From Camelus dromedarius (Eukaryota): DNA of 64,000 bases. The stretch is taken from positions 72,108,001 through 72,172,000 of the forward strand of contig NC_087436.1 in the NCBI RefSeq assembly GCF_036321535.1, written 5' to 3'. The notes beneath the pieces are model-generated. The model did not search any database and was not told where the DNA came from. It saw only the letters and a program-made list of their open reading frames with translations. Made by a program: the position numbers and the translations under genes. Positions 50,729-64,000 of the stretch are shown piece after piece (position 1 is the first letter of the stretch; every line of letters starts with the position of its first letter).

Positions 50729-53399
50729 CTCCGAACTTGAGCAGAGCAGCAGATCCAACTCCCTGTGGGTAAGTAGAAAGACCAACGAAACACCTGCATG
50801 AAGTAGATGGAGTTGTAAATGGGACAGAGGTTGAGAGGGGTTCCGTTATGACGGCAGAAGCTGTGTACAGATCCAATGTGGGGGGGCCAAATTTTGCAAC
50901 TGTCAATAAGTGAGGGTCAATGGAGAGACTGAGTCATGCTCTATGCATATAATTCTTTGAATTTCTAGAGGAAAAGATCATGGGGAAGTGGTTTTGAATA
51001 AAATGAGAAACAATCAGTTTGGTCATGTTTTATTTCTCAACATTGCTTCTTGTTCTTAGAATAAAAGGCACCTATGACTGATCACATTTCCTCCAAATTC
51101 TCAGAAAATGAAGCTTATTTTCCCTGAGTTTGACAGAACTTGTATGTCACACAGTTATACAAGTTGGTGAAAAGGAATATGACTGACTCAGTGTGAATGC
51201 CTTTATTCTTATGAACCTATCATGGTGAATTTCAAATGATAAAATCTAGATGAGCTGCGTAAAAATGATCTGATCACCGATTTGGTCTGGGGATAACTCT
51301 ATACCTCTTATCTTCAGGAAAATGTCCACAATGAAGCATTTATTAGAACTATAGCGTGTAGAATGTAAATCCCTCATTTAAAAGCATCAAGGTTGACAGT
51401 ATTGGTATTTATTTATCAATGAAGAGTTTTCAGTTAAAGAAAACCTGAGTCAATGGGACTTAAACAATAATGTGGATTTAATGGCTCATATAACTGAAAA
51501 GCATCAGACATGTTCTGGTTAAGATCTTGGCTCTATCTCATCATTCTGGCTTTATCTGCAGCCAGGATGTCACCCTGTGGTCACAAAGGGGCTACATGCT
51601 TCCTTGTCCATTTCCAGGGTAGAAAGTAGCACTTTTCACAACATCAAATGATATTTCCTATTCTTCATGAAGCTTGAAATAAGGAACATTGACTGTTGTT
51701 GCAAACAGTGTGAAAATATGCTGATCGACCATGCCCTGGAGCCAGAAGTGGGTAAGTCCACTTGAACATTTTGGTTACTGCGTGATTACCACATTGTACT
51801 GGTAATCCTTAAAGGAAACTTAGAGATCTGTTGGGCAGGGAAAACAGAGGGCAGAGATTGCTGATCAGTCTCGTCCAGGGCTTTCCATTTTAAATCTTAT
51901 CCCTAGAGGAAGTGATATCTCATTTTACCTATAAGTGGCAGTATTGGGCTAAAAACATAGGCTCTAGACGGGTTGGAGCCATTCAAGTCTTAGGTTTACT
52001 ATTACAAGCAATGTGGTTTTATGCAAGTCAATAACCTCTCCTTGCCTCAGCACCTTCATTTGTAAGATGAAATTAGTAGAATCTTCCTTGCAGAACTGCT
52101 ATGAGTATTCATTGGAATAATGTGTATACAGCCCTGAGCATGGTGCTTGTCCATTTCTAAGAACTTGGACCAATATGTCTGCACATGAAGCAGCCCTTTG
52201 ATGGACTCTCTAAGGCATCCCTTTTATCTGCTTGGGCATCTGCATGCTTCCAGGGATATTCTGGAGATTTTTCTTCCCATCCTTGGGGCATTTTATCAGT
52301 TAACTAATTTATTTTAAGTGGACTCAGTTCTTCAACCCAGAGACTAGGAGTCTAATACTGAAGAAGTGATACATTATGGTACATTGTGGTGCAAATGCTC
52401 CCCCCCAAAAAGCCCGCCAGGTGTTTAAGACGTGGAGTTTCTTTTGCAGTGTAAATTTCATTCTTAAATGGTTTGAATACAGGGTAGCAGGAGCAGCTTA
52501 TCGGGCCTCCGTAGTTTCCTGTTACGAGGTTACCGCAGAAGGCTGCTAAACCCATGCAGAGCAGTAATGTTTTGATTATTCCTCGCTTGCTCCTTTTAGC
52601 TCAAGTAATTGGAAAGCTGAATATACTTACATGGCAATAAGAAAGTAATTTTCTTTTGGCCTGCAACTCTTTTATTTCATTTAATTTTATTACAATTTAA
52701 TTTAAATCACTTTTGGTGAAGTGGGGAGTTGAGGGCAGGATGAAAGGAGGCAAAGTAACCCTACTTGTTTTAAAACCCATGCAAGTGACAGCTAAAAATG
52801 GAGCATGGACTACACTCCTTTGGGAAAATCTATTTAAACTTTATAATGTATAAAGTAGGTGAATTAGGGTGATGGCATCAAATAACTCTTTGCTTTTCAC
52901 AATGATTTATCTAATGTGTTTATAGAAGTGACAACCTTGGGCAATTTGAAATATGACTTGTGCTTAAGTACATGGAAGCAATTAGATCAAGGGAAAGAAC
53001 ATCAGCTTTGGAGACAGAAAAACCAGTCCTTAAATCCTGACATGACTGTTTATCAAATGTGAGACCTTTGAAAATGCCTTAATGTCTCTGAGCCCTCAGT
53101 TTCCAAGTCTGTGAAAGAGGGACAATGATACCTTCTTTGTAGAGTTTATGGAATAATTCAAATAGATTAGACTTAATTGTCCAGCACAGTGAATGATAAG
53201 TATAAAGAGCACAAAAATTATTCTTATTTATAGAGATTCATTGAACATGTGAGTTGTAAGAAAGGACCTACTACATAAAGTAAAGCACGCCTACACTCAG
53301 AATTCTATGACTTCTTGTTGCACGTTCTGCCTCTGATTGCAAAGCATTCTTTTGTCACAGGATCTGCTGCTTTGGTTCTAAAACTGAGAAGCTTACTAG

Positions 53400-53800
53400 T
53401 GTCACTGAGGAGAGCAAATAAACTGGACTGCCACCATCAGCCCACTGAACCCGTGCTTCCCAGCCTTGGCTGCACTGATTGTAGTCATTTGGGAACTTCA
53501 AAAAACCTCCGTGCTCCAACTGCACCCCAGAACAATTAAATCAGAAGTTCCCAGGGTTGGACTCAGCCATCAGTGTTTTTAAAACTCTGCAGAAAATTCA
53601 AAATGAGGCCAAGGTGGAGAATTATTGCTGTAAGCTACTGCTTCTCTAATTGTAATATGCATGTGGATCACCTGAGGTCTCGTTACCTTGCAGGCTCTGA
53701 TCCGGCAGGTCTTGGGTTGGGCCTGAGCTCCTGCATTCCCAGCACACTCGTAGGCGATGCCAATGCTGCTGGTTCCCGGACCACACTTTGAGTGGCCAGG
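53400..53800. mobile_element. Two adjacent MER5-like DNA transposons
   Basis: aattaaatcagaa...catcagtgtttttaaaactc and gggcctgagctcctgcattcccagca...gatgccaatgctgctggttcccggaccacactttgagt. Confidence 0.65.
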
Positions 53801-53910
53801 CTCTAAGATGCGTATTCTCCTCTCTCTGCCACCATGCAGGCCTGGGAAAAAAATTTTTTTTTATGAAAGATGTTTTCTCTTTCCCAGGAATTACTCTTTT
53901 TCCCCTTCAA

Positions 53911-54581
53911 ATGTTTTGAGCTATAATTGACATACATCACTGTGTAAGGTGAAGGCGTACAGCATAATGACTTGACTTCCACGCATTACAAGATGATTTC
54001 ACAATATGTTTAGTTAATGTCTGTCACCTCACACAATTACAGATTTTTCCCTTGTGATGGGAACTTTCAGGAACTACACTCATGGCAACTTTCAAATATA
54101 CCATGTCTTTTCTTTTATTTATTTTTGTTTTGGGAGGAGGTAATTAGGTTTACTTATTTTAACGGAGGTACTGGGGATTGAACCTAGGACCTCATGCATG
54201 CTAAGCATGAGCTCTACCACTGAGCTATACCCTCTCCACCTCAAATATACCATACAGCAGTCTTAGCTGTAGTCATCGTGTTGTACATTACATCCTCAAG
54301 GCGTATTTGTCTTTTAACTGGAAGCCTGTACCTTTTGACCACCTTTGTATCTAATTCCACTACACCTTACCCACCGCGCCTGGTAACCACAAATCTGTTC
54401 TCTTTTTCTATGATTTTTTTTTTTTTAAAGATTTGACCTGTAAAGTGATACCAGGTAGTACATGTCTTTCTCTGACTTATCTCATTTAGCATAATGCCCT
54501 CAAGGACCATCCGTGCTGTCGCAAGTGGCAGAATTTCCTCCTTTTTTTTAATGGCTGAATAGCATCCCTGTGTGTGTGTGT

Positions 54582-54614
<33 letters not shown>

Positions 54615-54950
54615 TACATTTTCTTTATCCAGTCATCTGTCAATGGACACTTTGGTTGTTTCCATATCTTGGCTGTTGTAAATAATGCTGCAGTGAGCAC
54701 TGGTATGCACATACCTTTTGAATTAGTATTTTTGTCTTCTTTGGGTAAATACCCAGAAGTGGAATTGCTGGATAGTATGGTAGTTTTATTTTTATTTCTT
54801 GAGGTATCTCCATATTGTTTTCCACAGTGGCTGCAGGAGAGTTCCCTTTTCTCCACATGCATACCAGCATTTATCCCTTGTCTTTTTGTTGATAGTCTTT
54901 CTAACAAGAGTGAGGTGCTATCTCATTGTGGATTTGTTATGCATTTCTCC
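53911..54950 (-). mobile_element. Older L1 (L1MA-like) 3' end, interrupted by a SINE and a (TG)n tract (54569-54615)
   Basis: ORF 54548..54907(-) contains ALFTTAKIWKQPKCPLTDDWIKKM of L1 ORF2; 3' UTR starts ttttgagctataattgacatac. Confidence 0.88.
54105..54240 (-). mobile_element. tRNA-Ala-derived camelid SINE (Vic-1 type) with 13-bp TSD TCAAATATACCAT
   Basis: Reverse complement gagggtatagctcagtggtagagctcatgcttagcatgcatgaggtcctaggttcaatccccagtacctcc; TSD at 54092-54104 and 54241-54253. Confidence 0.93.
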
Positions 54951-55336
54951 CAGGAATTGCTTTTACTTCTGAGGCCACTGTCATCTTCATCCATGACAGT
55001 AGAATGTTATTTTTTCTCCAGGAGTGTTTCAAATTGCTCTACCCTTCTTAAAATAACTTTGACTGGTGAAAAACATATACCTCTGTCCTCAGTACAAAAT
55101 GACTAACAGTTTTTTTCAAGGAAAAATTGTTAAAGTATTTTACATAATGTGAACATCTTCAGAAATTTATTTGACTGCTCTGAAAATTTTTTAAAGAAGC
55201 TAATTAATGTACAACTAAAAATCAAGAAGAATGCTTATTCATTCCATTTTTTTTTTAACATGGGAAGCTATTAAGGAATTGTTGATACTTCTGATATTTG
55301 GATTTGAATCCCTAAAGCAGCTTTAAACTGAACTGT

Positions 55337-55487
55337 CCTCACTCACCATAAAAAAGAATAAAATAATGCCATTTGCAGCAACATGGATGGACCTGGAGAT
55401 CATCATTCGAAATGAAGTAAGCCAGAAAGAGAAAGAAAAATACCATATGATACCACTCATACATGGAATTCTAAAAAAGACACAAAT
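55337..55487 (+). mobile_element. ~150-bp internal L1 fragment (end of ORF2) flanked by direct repeat AAACTGAACTGT
   Basis: cataaaaaagaataaaataatgccatttgcagcaacatggatggacctggagatc...gaagtaagccagaaagagaaagaaaaataccatatga is nearly the same segment as 23557-23680; repeats at 55325-55336 and 55488-55499. Confidence 0.9.
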
Positions 55488-58453
55488 AAACTGAACTGTG
55501 TTGTCTGGGATCATCTGGCTAAACTCCACTGGTCAGTATGCCACCAGCTGCTCTACAGCTGATCTCAGCTTCTGGCACAGAAAACAGAAACTCCTGGCCA
55601 GATCTGGGACTTGTCCAGGCTGTATCACGGGGATATCCACTTTACTGGTGGACCAGGACACCCTTTAAAGGAGAGAGCCAAGACAGTTAATATCCATTGC
55701 CTATTTTCTCAGTTTTTACTTCTTTAGACTGGCATAGAGGACCAAGCCAATGGTGTCTGAGTCAGATATATCTAGGTTTGAAATCCCAGCCCTTCCTATT
55801 TGCCCTCTTTGAGCCTGGGACAAGGGACTTTGCTCATTTGTGTAAATAATTGTGTATTATGATTACATAACAGGAAATCATGAAATGATGGTTTAAAGAA
55901 TGTGCTCAACAACTTGACCATGTTATCAAGGTCCTCCTGATCCTATCACATTGACAATGTGTTTCATCACGGTTCCATGATGGCCGTGGTAACTCTGAGT
56001 CTCATACCTGCACAGGATGGTGTCTTTGGTAGAAAGGAGGCATGTATCATATACCTTGATTTTATCAAGGAAGAAAGTCCTGCCCAGGAGAATTCCTAGT
56101 GGACTGTCCTGTCATCTAACTGGCAGGAATAGGTCACAGGTCAATCCCTGAACCGATTACTGGCAAAGAAGAGTGAGATTATCGTGATGGACTTAGACCA
56201 CTCGTAATTCATCCCTGGGCAGAGTTCAGACTGTCACATTGTGGAGAACACATGGCCAAGTCAGGATCCTCTTAGCAGGGAAAAGGGGGAGGAGAGTCTA
56301 TTAGATTGACAACGGTGAGTCTGTATCACACCGTTAGCAGCTGTCTTTCTTTATTGTTCAAACTATCTCTGAATTAGGCAGTTACACTGGCCCATGGGGA
56401 CCATCAGCAGGCTTGTCATCCCCAAACAAAGCCCTTGTCTTGACATTAATGACTACCCCTTAATTCTTCTCTTACCATACTTCAGGCAGCTTGGCAGTTA
56501 CCTTCCAGCTTGTTGAGAATGTAGCAAGTGGTGTTGACTGTGTCAGCTCATGAATTGGCATTATCTGGCCCATACAGAGCAGATGTGGGGATTTTTCCTA
56601 GCACAAAGCCCTCTATTCTTCCCAAGCTTGTTCCTGCCCATTGGTCCCAGAGTCCACAGCTGAGGGATATCAGTAGTGCTGGGAGCCAGCTCATCACATG
56701 CTAAGCCTCACTGATGCCTATGTCTGAATCAGAGCAAGGCTTGAGGGCTCAGGGTTTATTATAACTTGTTTGACTGGTTTTCATGGGCTGACTGGTGAAT
56801 CTTGACAGTCAACTCATTTCTCAGTTTGAAAAAGATGGAACCACTGTGTAATACTAGACATTTCTTGAAATGATTACAGATATATGAGGAAAGCTTGAGG
56901 GAAGTGAGAATCCAAAATACATTCTAATAAGGAACTTTAGAATATAATTTTCTGAATGGCAGAGACCTGTGATTTCTCTATTATCAGTCCCTATTGGTCA
57001 CTGGCTGCAACACTTTATATTCTGTAGGGACGATCCTCAGGGGAGCTCACGATGCCAGGTACCCTTCCTTTCTCCGGAAACATGAGCACTGAGGGTCAGA
57101 GGGGCATTTGCGCATAGCGGCTCCTCTGGGGGTTATCCTGACCTTGCACTCTCTTGGTAAGCAGTGGTTCTATGAGGGCTGGTCATTCTGGCCAGTTAGT
57201 TTGTGCTCTTTCTGTCATTTTCCACCTGACTAGCTCTTGTAATCTTCCCAGATCAAGAACTTCCTCACCTAGGGTTCCTTATGAGTAACAGTTGCCTTGG
57301 GCTTAAAGCTGACCTTTGAAGAGTAACACTGAGTCAGAGTATGGTGATGACAATCCCAGATTCTGGAGCCTTATGTTCCGGCTTCAAATCCCAGCTCTGC
57401 CACTTGCAAGTTATATGACCTCAAGTGAATTGCTTCACCTCTTTTCACTTCATTGACTCACTTTCCTCACCTACGTCACAGGGCTGGAAGGAAGATTAAA
57501 TGAAAGCATTGTCTGCCACAGAGAAACAAATGCGTAAGTAAGATTATCATCCTTTGTGTCCATCCCAATTCAGACATATAACAACGTCAGCAGTTGTACA
57601 TGGAGCCTGTACACCAGTGGCATCAACTTAGAAATTTGCTTGACTTTGCAAGACAGGTGCCCAAATAATCTGTACAGTGATAAATGTGCTCGCCATTTTG
57701 CATCAAAATTTTGTTTTAAATTTTCTTAAATATCTTTTCTATAATTTCTTTATTTTCAAGTTAAAATATAAGATTTTCAAGAGCTGGGAATTTCTCTCTT
57801 AATTTCTTCATATACCCAATGCAGAGTGCTACATACATCTCCAATATAAAATGGACTGCTTTCAAAAAAGAAAAATTATTGAGAGGCAAGCTCTTCACAA
57901 TGCCAAAACAAATAACCAACCAATTCAGTCACAAGGCTCCTAGTTTCAGGACAGTTAAATTCTAGGATTGATTCCACTGTTTTCAGTGTAATAATCTGAC
58001 TACTTGATCACATAATCTTCTCACTTACCATCCACATGACTTTAAGATACCTAGACCTCATCATTGCCTTTCATCTTAAACTGGGATTACTAATGGTTTA
58101 ACTGATGACAGAGGTTGTAGTATTGAGGAATAATCCCTGCTTAGAGATCAGAAAGACTCATGAATAAATCATATGCAGTTAGAAAATATTCTGACCGATG
58201 AAATATTGAGTTGGTTTTATTCAAGTAACACCAGAGTTTCTGATCATTGGAAACCATGTAAGATAGGTAAAGTGCTGGTGAGACATGGTAGGTATCCTGG
58301 TCTAAAAGATAAACTTCTGGTTGTTTCTCTGGTCATTGAAAACTGCATCTATTTCACTTGTACACAGTTTATTGTAGGTGACTTAGAATGAATTATTTCA
58401 GCAAGGTAGTGGGTCTGGCTCAGGTAGACAGTGCAGAAGAGTTATTAAAAATA

Positions 58454-58625
58454 GGGGGAGGGTATAGCTCAGTGGTAGAAGCCCTGCTTAACATGCACAA
58501 GGTCCTGGGTTCAATCCCTAGTACCTCCATTAAAATAGATAAATAAACCTAATTACCTACCCCACCCTCCAAAAAAACCTACAAAATTTTAAAAAAATAA
58601 AACCTTAAAAAAATAAACAAGATAA
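58454..58625 (+). mobile_element. tRNA-Ala-derived camelid SINE (Vic-1 type), inserted in a MIR-like remnant
   Basis: gggggagggtatagctcagtggtagaagccctgcttaacatgcacaaggtcctgggttcaatccctagtacctcca followed by aaataaacctaattacc and an A-rich tail. Confidence 0.92.
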
Positions 58626-60029
58626 AAGTACTGGCTCTGGAATTGGACTCCTTGGAATTAGATCAAAGCACTGACACACTTCCTGATGTGTGACCTCATC
58701 TCTGTAAGGATCTATTTGCTTCTCTGGAGAATTGGTATAAAATAGTATCTACCTCATTAAGTTACCATGAGCCTAAAATTTGAGAATGTATAACAAAGTG
58801 CTGAGCCCAGAGACTGTAAAGAGTTCACTACCTTTTAGCCATTACTTTTTACTATTATTTGAAGACACTCTCCACTTGACTCTGCGTTGGCAAATAACAT
58901 AATAGTGAAAAGAAGGCTCTTCCTGATTAATACCAAGACCTGTTTATTTGGGGAACTCTAATTTGTGTTTTATTAAATGATTTTAATACTGGTGAGACCA
59001 GAAGGTCCTGGAATTGGATACCCACCCTGTTCCTGTCAGAACCAGTGAGTCAGGTTGAGACTAGCTGCCTGCCACATTTTTATACGGTTTCCACCTAATG
59101 AGGCTGCCTTCACCCATTGCTTTCTTTGATCAGCCAAGGACCTATTGAGAAAACTCAACACATGTGAGGGTTCCTGGAAGGAGGAAGTAATTTGCCTGAA
59201 GCCAAGTTTCTGCACAACTACTCCAACTGTCTTAATAATAACCACCTTTAATGAGCATCTGTATGGACTGGCACTGAATTAAGCACTTTACATGCACTAT
59301 CCTGCTTAATATTCATAAGAACCTTTAGGGATGGGGCTTTCATTATCTCATTTTCATATGAGGAAACTGAAGTAAAAAGAGGTGTGTAATTTGTTCAAAG
59401 CCACACAACTCAGAGCTAGGGCATGCCCTGAACACCATACAGTGTTGGATACAGGGACTTTGTGTCTGAAAATTGTTTCTCTGAGGCTTGTAGTGTGCAT
59501 ATACTTTTGGAAGGGCAAAGATGAACTTCTGTTGAACTTTTTGTTTTTCTTTATTTATATATGACTTTTTTAAACTAAGGAATGGCTTCTTTCCTGATAG
59601 AGACATCAAAGAAAAAAGACTAGATAGAAGAAGAAAGGCTTACTTTGGTCACTTACAGACTCAACTCATGTTTCAACTGCTTTCAATAGGTTTCCTAAAT
59701 CTCCAGGGTTGGAATGAATCACTTCATTCTCTGCGCTCCCAAAACAGCTTTTTAAAAGACATTTACATCCTGAACAGGGTTGATAATAAAAATATTTAAC
59801 AATATTTGGTACAGATGCTGGCCAAATGCAGAAGCAAGGGCTTGGAGCTTATCTGTGCTGGTCATTAATCCTTTAGTTCCTGGATGCTGGGGAATTCCTG
59901 GGGGTCCCAGGCTGCTGGCATGACTGAGAAGCACTCGGAGGACAAGAGCAGTGGTTATTTGCCAAGCAGTACGGAAGCATGTAGTATTTTAACAACTACT
60001 AAAAATGTGTGGGAACAGGGCCTATTTCT

Positions 60030-61915
60030 TTCTTGTTGAGATATAATTGACATATAACAACATATTACTTTCAGGTGTACAACATAGTGATTATAAATTT
60101 GTATATATTGTGAAATGATCACCACAATAAGTCTAGTTAACATCCATCAGCATACATAGTTACAGATTTTTTTCTTGTGGTGAAAACTTTTAAGATCTTT
60201 CTTAACAATGTTCAAATATATAGTACATTATTATTATCTATAGTCCCCAGGCTGTACATTATATCCCCATGACTTATTCATTTTATAGCTGGGAGTTTGT
60301 ACTTTTTAATTCCCTTATCCCATTTTGCCCATCCCTCTCCTCCCTGCCTCTGGTAACCACCAATCTGTTCTCTGTAGCCATGAGCTCAGTTTGGTTTTTG
60401 TTTTTATCTGTCTGTCTATCTATCTATCTATCTATTTATGTATTTATGTATTTATTAAAGATTCCACATATAAGTGAAATCATAGAGTATTTCTCTTTCC
60501 CTGTCTGGCTTATTTCACTCAGCATAATAAGCTCACGGTCCATCCATGTTGTCGTAAATGGCAAGATTTCCTTCTTCTTTATGGCTGAATAATATTCCAT
60601 TTCCACTGTGTATATGTGTGTGTGTGATAAAGAAAATTTATATATAAATATATATATATTCCTTATCCATTCATCCATAAATGGACACTTAGATTTTTCC
60701 TATGTCTTGGCTATTGCAAATAATGCTGCAAAGAACATGGGGATGCATGTATCTTTTTGAGTTAGTGTTTTTGTTTTCTTTGGATAAATATGCAGGAGTG
60801 GAGTGGCTGGATCATTTGATAGTTCTGTTTAAATTTTATAAATAAACCTCCATAGTATTTTCCATAGTGGATGCACTCATTTATATTTACACCAACAGTG
60901 CACGAGGGTTCCTTTTTTTTCCTTATTCTTGCCAACATTTGTTACATCTTGTTTTTTTGGATAATAGGTATTCTAACAGGTATGAGGTAATATTTCATTG
61001 TGGTTTTGATTCGCATTTCCCAGATGATTAGTGATACTGAGCACCTTTTTGTGTATCTGTTAAGCATTTATATGTCTTCTTTGTAAAAAATGTCTGTTTA
61101 AGTCCTTTTTTGCCCATTTTTAATCAAGCAGATTTTTGTTGTTGTTTTGCTAGTGAGTTGTATGAGTATCTTATATTTTGGATATTGACCACTCCCTTAT
61201 CAGAAGTATAGTTTGCAAATATTTTCTTCTGTTCAGTGTGCTGCCTTTTCATTTTGCTGGTGATTTGCTGTGCAGAAGCTTTTTGTTTGATGTCATCCTA
61301 CTTGTTTATTTTTGTTTTTATTATCTTTGCTTTTGGTGTCAAATTCTAAAAATCGCCAAGACCAGTTGGCAGGAGTTTTATTTTATTTCAAGAGTTTTAT
61401 GGTTTTAGATCTTATGTTCAAATCTTTGATCCATTTTGAGTTGATTTTAGTGTCTGGCATAAGATAGTGGTCCAGTTTCATTCTTTTGCATGTGGCTGTC
61501 TAGTTTTCTCATCACCATTTATTAAAGAGACTGTCCTTTCCTCATTGTATATTCTAGATTTCTTTGTCATAAACTAATTGGTCATATATGTGTGGGTTTA
61601 TTTCTGGGTTCTCTATTTTTTCCCCATTGATCTATCTGTCTGTTTTTATGCCAATACCTTACTGCTTTGATTACTACAGCTTTGTATGTGATATAGTTTG
61701 AAATCAGGGCATGTGATGCTTCCAGTTTTGTTCTTTTTTCTCAAGATTGCTTTGACTATTTGGGTCTCTTATGGTTCCATAGAAATTTTAGAATTGCTTC
61801 TTTTATTTCTGTGAAAATGTCATTGGAATCTTGATAGGGATTGCATTGAATCTGTAGATTGCTTTGGGTAGTATGGATATTTTAACAGTGTTAGTTCTTT
61901 CAATCCACAAGCACA
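60030..61915 (-). mobile_element. Older 5'-truncated L1 (L1MA-like), ~1.9 kb
   Basis: ORF 60436..60678(-) has MEYYSAIKKKEILPFTTTWMD..LIMLSEISQ..KEKYSMISLICGI; antisense ORF2 continues to ggattgcattgaatctgtagattgctttgggtagtatgga. Confidence 0.92.
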
Positions 61916-63406
61916 AAATATGATCATTTCCTTTTGGCAAGTCACTAGCTGAATTTTTGATAGCTACCTGCCTCTGGAAACTTTCCCTGACCTCAGAGGG
62001 CCACTAGCTGGCTATAATTTTATTTTTTCATTTTTAGGAAGCCACAAAGCAGTTTTGACCCATGTCTAGCACTTTGATGGGTTTATCCTGGAGGATGGTC
62101 CAGCCAGGAAAAACTAAATACCACACACATACACAGAGGTACATACACAAATCTGTCATAGATGTTCAGAGATTTGTGTCGGTTTCTAATTTGTGACTCA
62201 CTTGGGAAGTACGGAGCAAACTTCTTCGTGATCTGTTGTATCTGGAGCCAGAAAAAAATGTGAAGGGAGTCTGGGATCTTATCCTTTGCAACTACAGTGT
62301 ACTTGTGTTTCTGCAACTGTGTGTTTGCTGGCGTATTAGTGGTGGTTATTTAGAAAAGTGTGCTGTGCTCAAGTAAGTTTATGAAAGATTGTGTGATACT
62401 ATTAAACAGGTCTCTTCAGAGCCTTTATTTGACAATGTTCATCTTGAATTTCCATGAATTAAAGTAATCTAAATGACTCTAGAATCTTTTTTTTTTTTTT
62501 TAATGGAGAATCTTGTGGAACCACTTTCCTGTGGAACACATTTTGAGAAACCCTGCTAAAAATGTTCATGTGTGTAAGCTCAGGGTTAAATCCAAGCTCC
62601 ACCACTTAGGTGCTGTGTGACTTTAGGAATGTTATTTAAACTCTCTATGCTTCCTCCTTTATCAGTAAAATTAATATAATAATGACATCTACTTCATAAG
62701 GTTTTGTTAAGAATGGTCATGGTTAACATTCAATAAATATAAACTGTTTCTTTGTAAGAAGATACTTCAGTTTTGCATAGTTGGGTTAGTTTCCTCAGCT
62801 TCATGTAATTTAATCTTATTTCTTCTTAAATGGTCATCTGCTGACTTGCGGGGAATCCCACCAAAAAACCAAACAGAAAAAAAAAAAGAACCTTGACCGT
62901 TGCTTGGTAAGCCATGCTCACATATGCTGTTGACCTAATGATGCAGCTGAAAAATCACACTGAACTATGTAAGCATTAAAGGCAGCAAGAAGTTTCTTAT
63001 GTGATGAGAGGGGTCCATGCCATTCCTCTCCCAGCATACAGGCAGCTCATATTATATGTCTATAATTTTGAGTTCTCAGGACCCAGGAATTCCTCACCTG
63101 GGGCTCAAAGTTTATTCATGAGAAGCCATCTAGCAGGGCTGCCTCTGTAGGTAAATGACTGAAGCCCTTTTTCTCAGTTTCTCCGCCTCTGAGAACTCTG
63201 CAAGCCAAGATTCAGATTTTTCAGTTATGTGACATCAACTTGGCACTTAACCAGTTTTAGGAAAAAGAAGACAAGAAGATGTCAAATGGTGGTAAAAAGG
63301 GTAAAAATTGTGGCCAATGAGATGATGAGGTGGGCATGATAAACAACACTTCTTTTCCCCCTATTCCGCTGGCTACCACTGTGGAATTTGCGCAGTCAGA
63401 TCCTGC

Positions 63407-64000
63407 TAATTAGTGATATTGAGCATTTTTTCATGTGCCTATTGATCATTTGTATTTCTTCCTTGGAGAATTGCTTGTTTAGGTCTTCTGCCCATTTTTG
63501 GATTGGGTTGTTTGTTTTTTCTTATTAAGTCATATGAGCTACTTATATATTCTGGAGATCAAGTCTTTGTCGGTTTCAACATTTGCAAATATTTTCTCCA
63601 TTCCGTAGGTTGTCGTTTTGTTTTACTTATGGTTTCCTTCGCTATGCAGAAGCTTGTAAATTTAATTAGGTCCCATTTGTTTATTCTTCCTTTCATTTCT
63701 ATTACTTGGGTAGACTGCCCTAGGAGAACATTTTTGAGATGTATGTGAGATAATGTTTTGCCTATATTTTCTTCTAGGAGGTTTATTGTATCTTGTCTTA
63801 TGTTTAAGTCTTTGATCCATTTTGAATTTATTTTTGTGTATGGTGTAAGGGAGTGTTCTAGCTTCATTGCTTTACATGCTGCCGTCCAGTTTTCCCAACA
63901 CCATTTGCCAAAGAGACTGTTAATTATCAGAGAAATGCAAATCAAAACTGCAATGAGGTATCACCTCACACCAGCCAGAATGGCCATCATTCAAAAGTCC
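63407..64000 (+). mobile_element. Young camelid-type L1 with 5' inversion (63407-63920 antisense, sense from 63921), running off the right edge
   Basis: Antisense block encodes [38 protein letters not shown] on the minus strand; the sense block resumes taattatcagagaaatgcaaatcaaaac. Confidence 0.93.

Noticed and set aside
58454..58530. tRNA-Ala-like sequences (also ~36050-36121 and ~54165-54240)
   Set aside because: Diverged stems plus a shared non-tRNA 3' segment, A-rich tails and a TSD in one copy identify them as SINEs, not tRNA genes.
1..64000. CRISPR arrays, operons or other prokaryotic or viral systems
   Set aside because: The sequence is intron-containing mammalian DNA; I saw no regularly spaced repeat-spacer array and no gene-dense foreign segment.

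Overview
Mammalian nuclear DNA, most likely from a camelid (camel or alpaca/llama), judged from three tRNA-Ala-derived Vic-1-type SINEs and young lineage-specific L1 copies. The left half (1 to ~33.4 kb, minus strand) holds the 5' part of RASSF6: a GC/CpG-rich non-coding first exon ending at 33274, then coding exons at 20600-20664, 5203-5281 and 1198-1337. These splice in frame to [78 protein letters not shown]..., and the remaining exons lie beyond the left edge. The right half (~34-64 kb) is repeat-rich upstream intergenic DNA (L1, L2/MIR, MaLR, two MER41-like ERV1 solo LTRs, hAT-Charlie remnants). In human this interval leads towards CXCL8; that is recalled synteny and not visible here. Apart from L1 ORF2 and Charlie remnants, the supplied ORF track looks like chance ORFs. 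I found no evidence of a new multi-gene biological system. The best leads are small: (1) an 8-codon uORF whose stop overlaps the RASSF6 start codon, with apparent loss of the long N-terminal isoform frame; (2) a perfect 30-bp direct repeat bracketing exon 3; (3) a tailless, TSD-flanked internal L1 fragment; (4) two twin-primed 5'-inverted L1s; (5) candidate CTCF, HNF1, HNF4/GATA and STAT sites. Repeat family names come from recognition, not from a database search.
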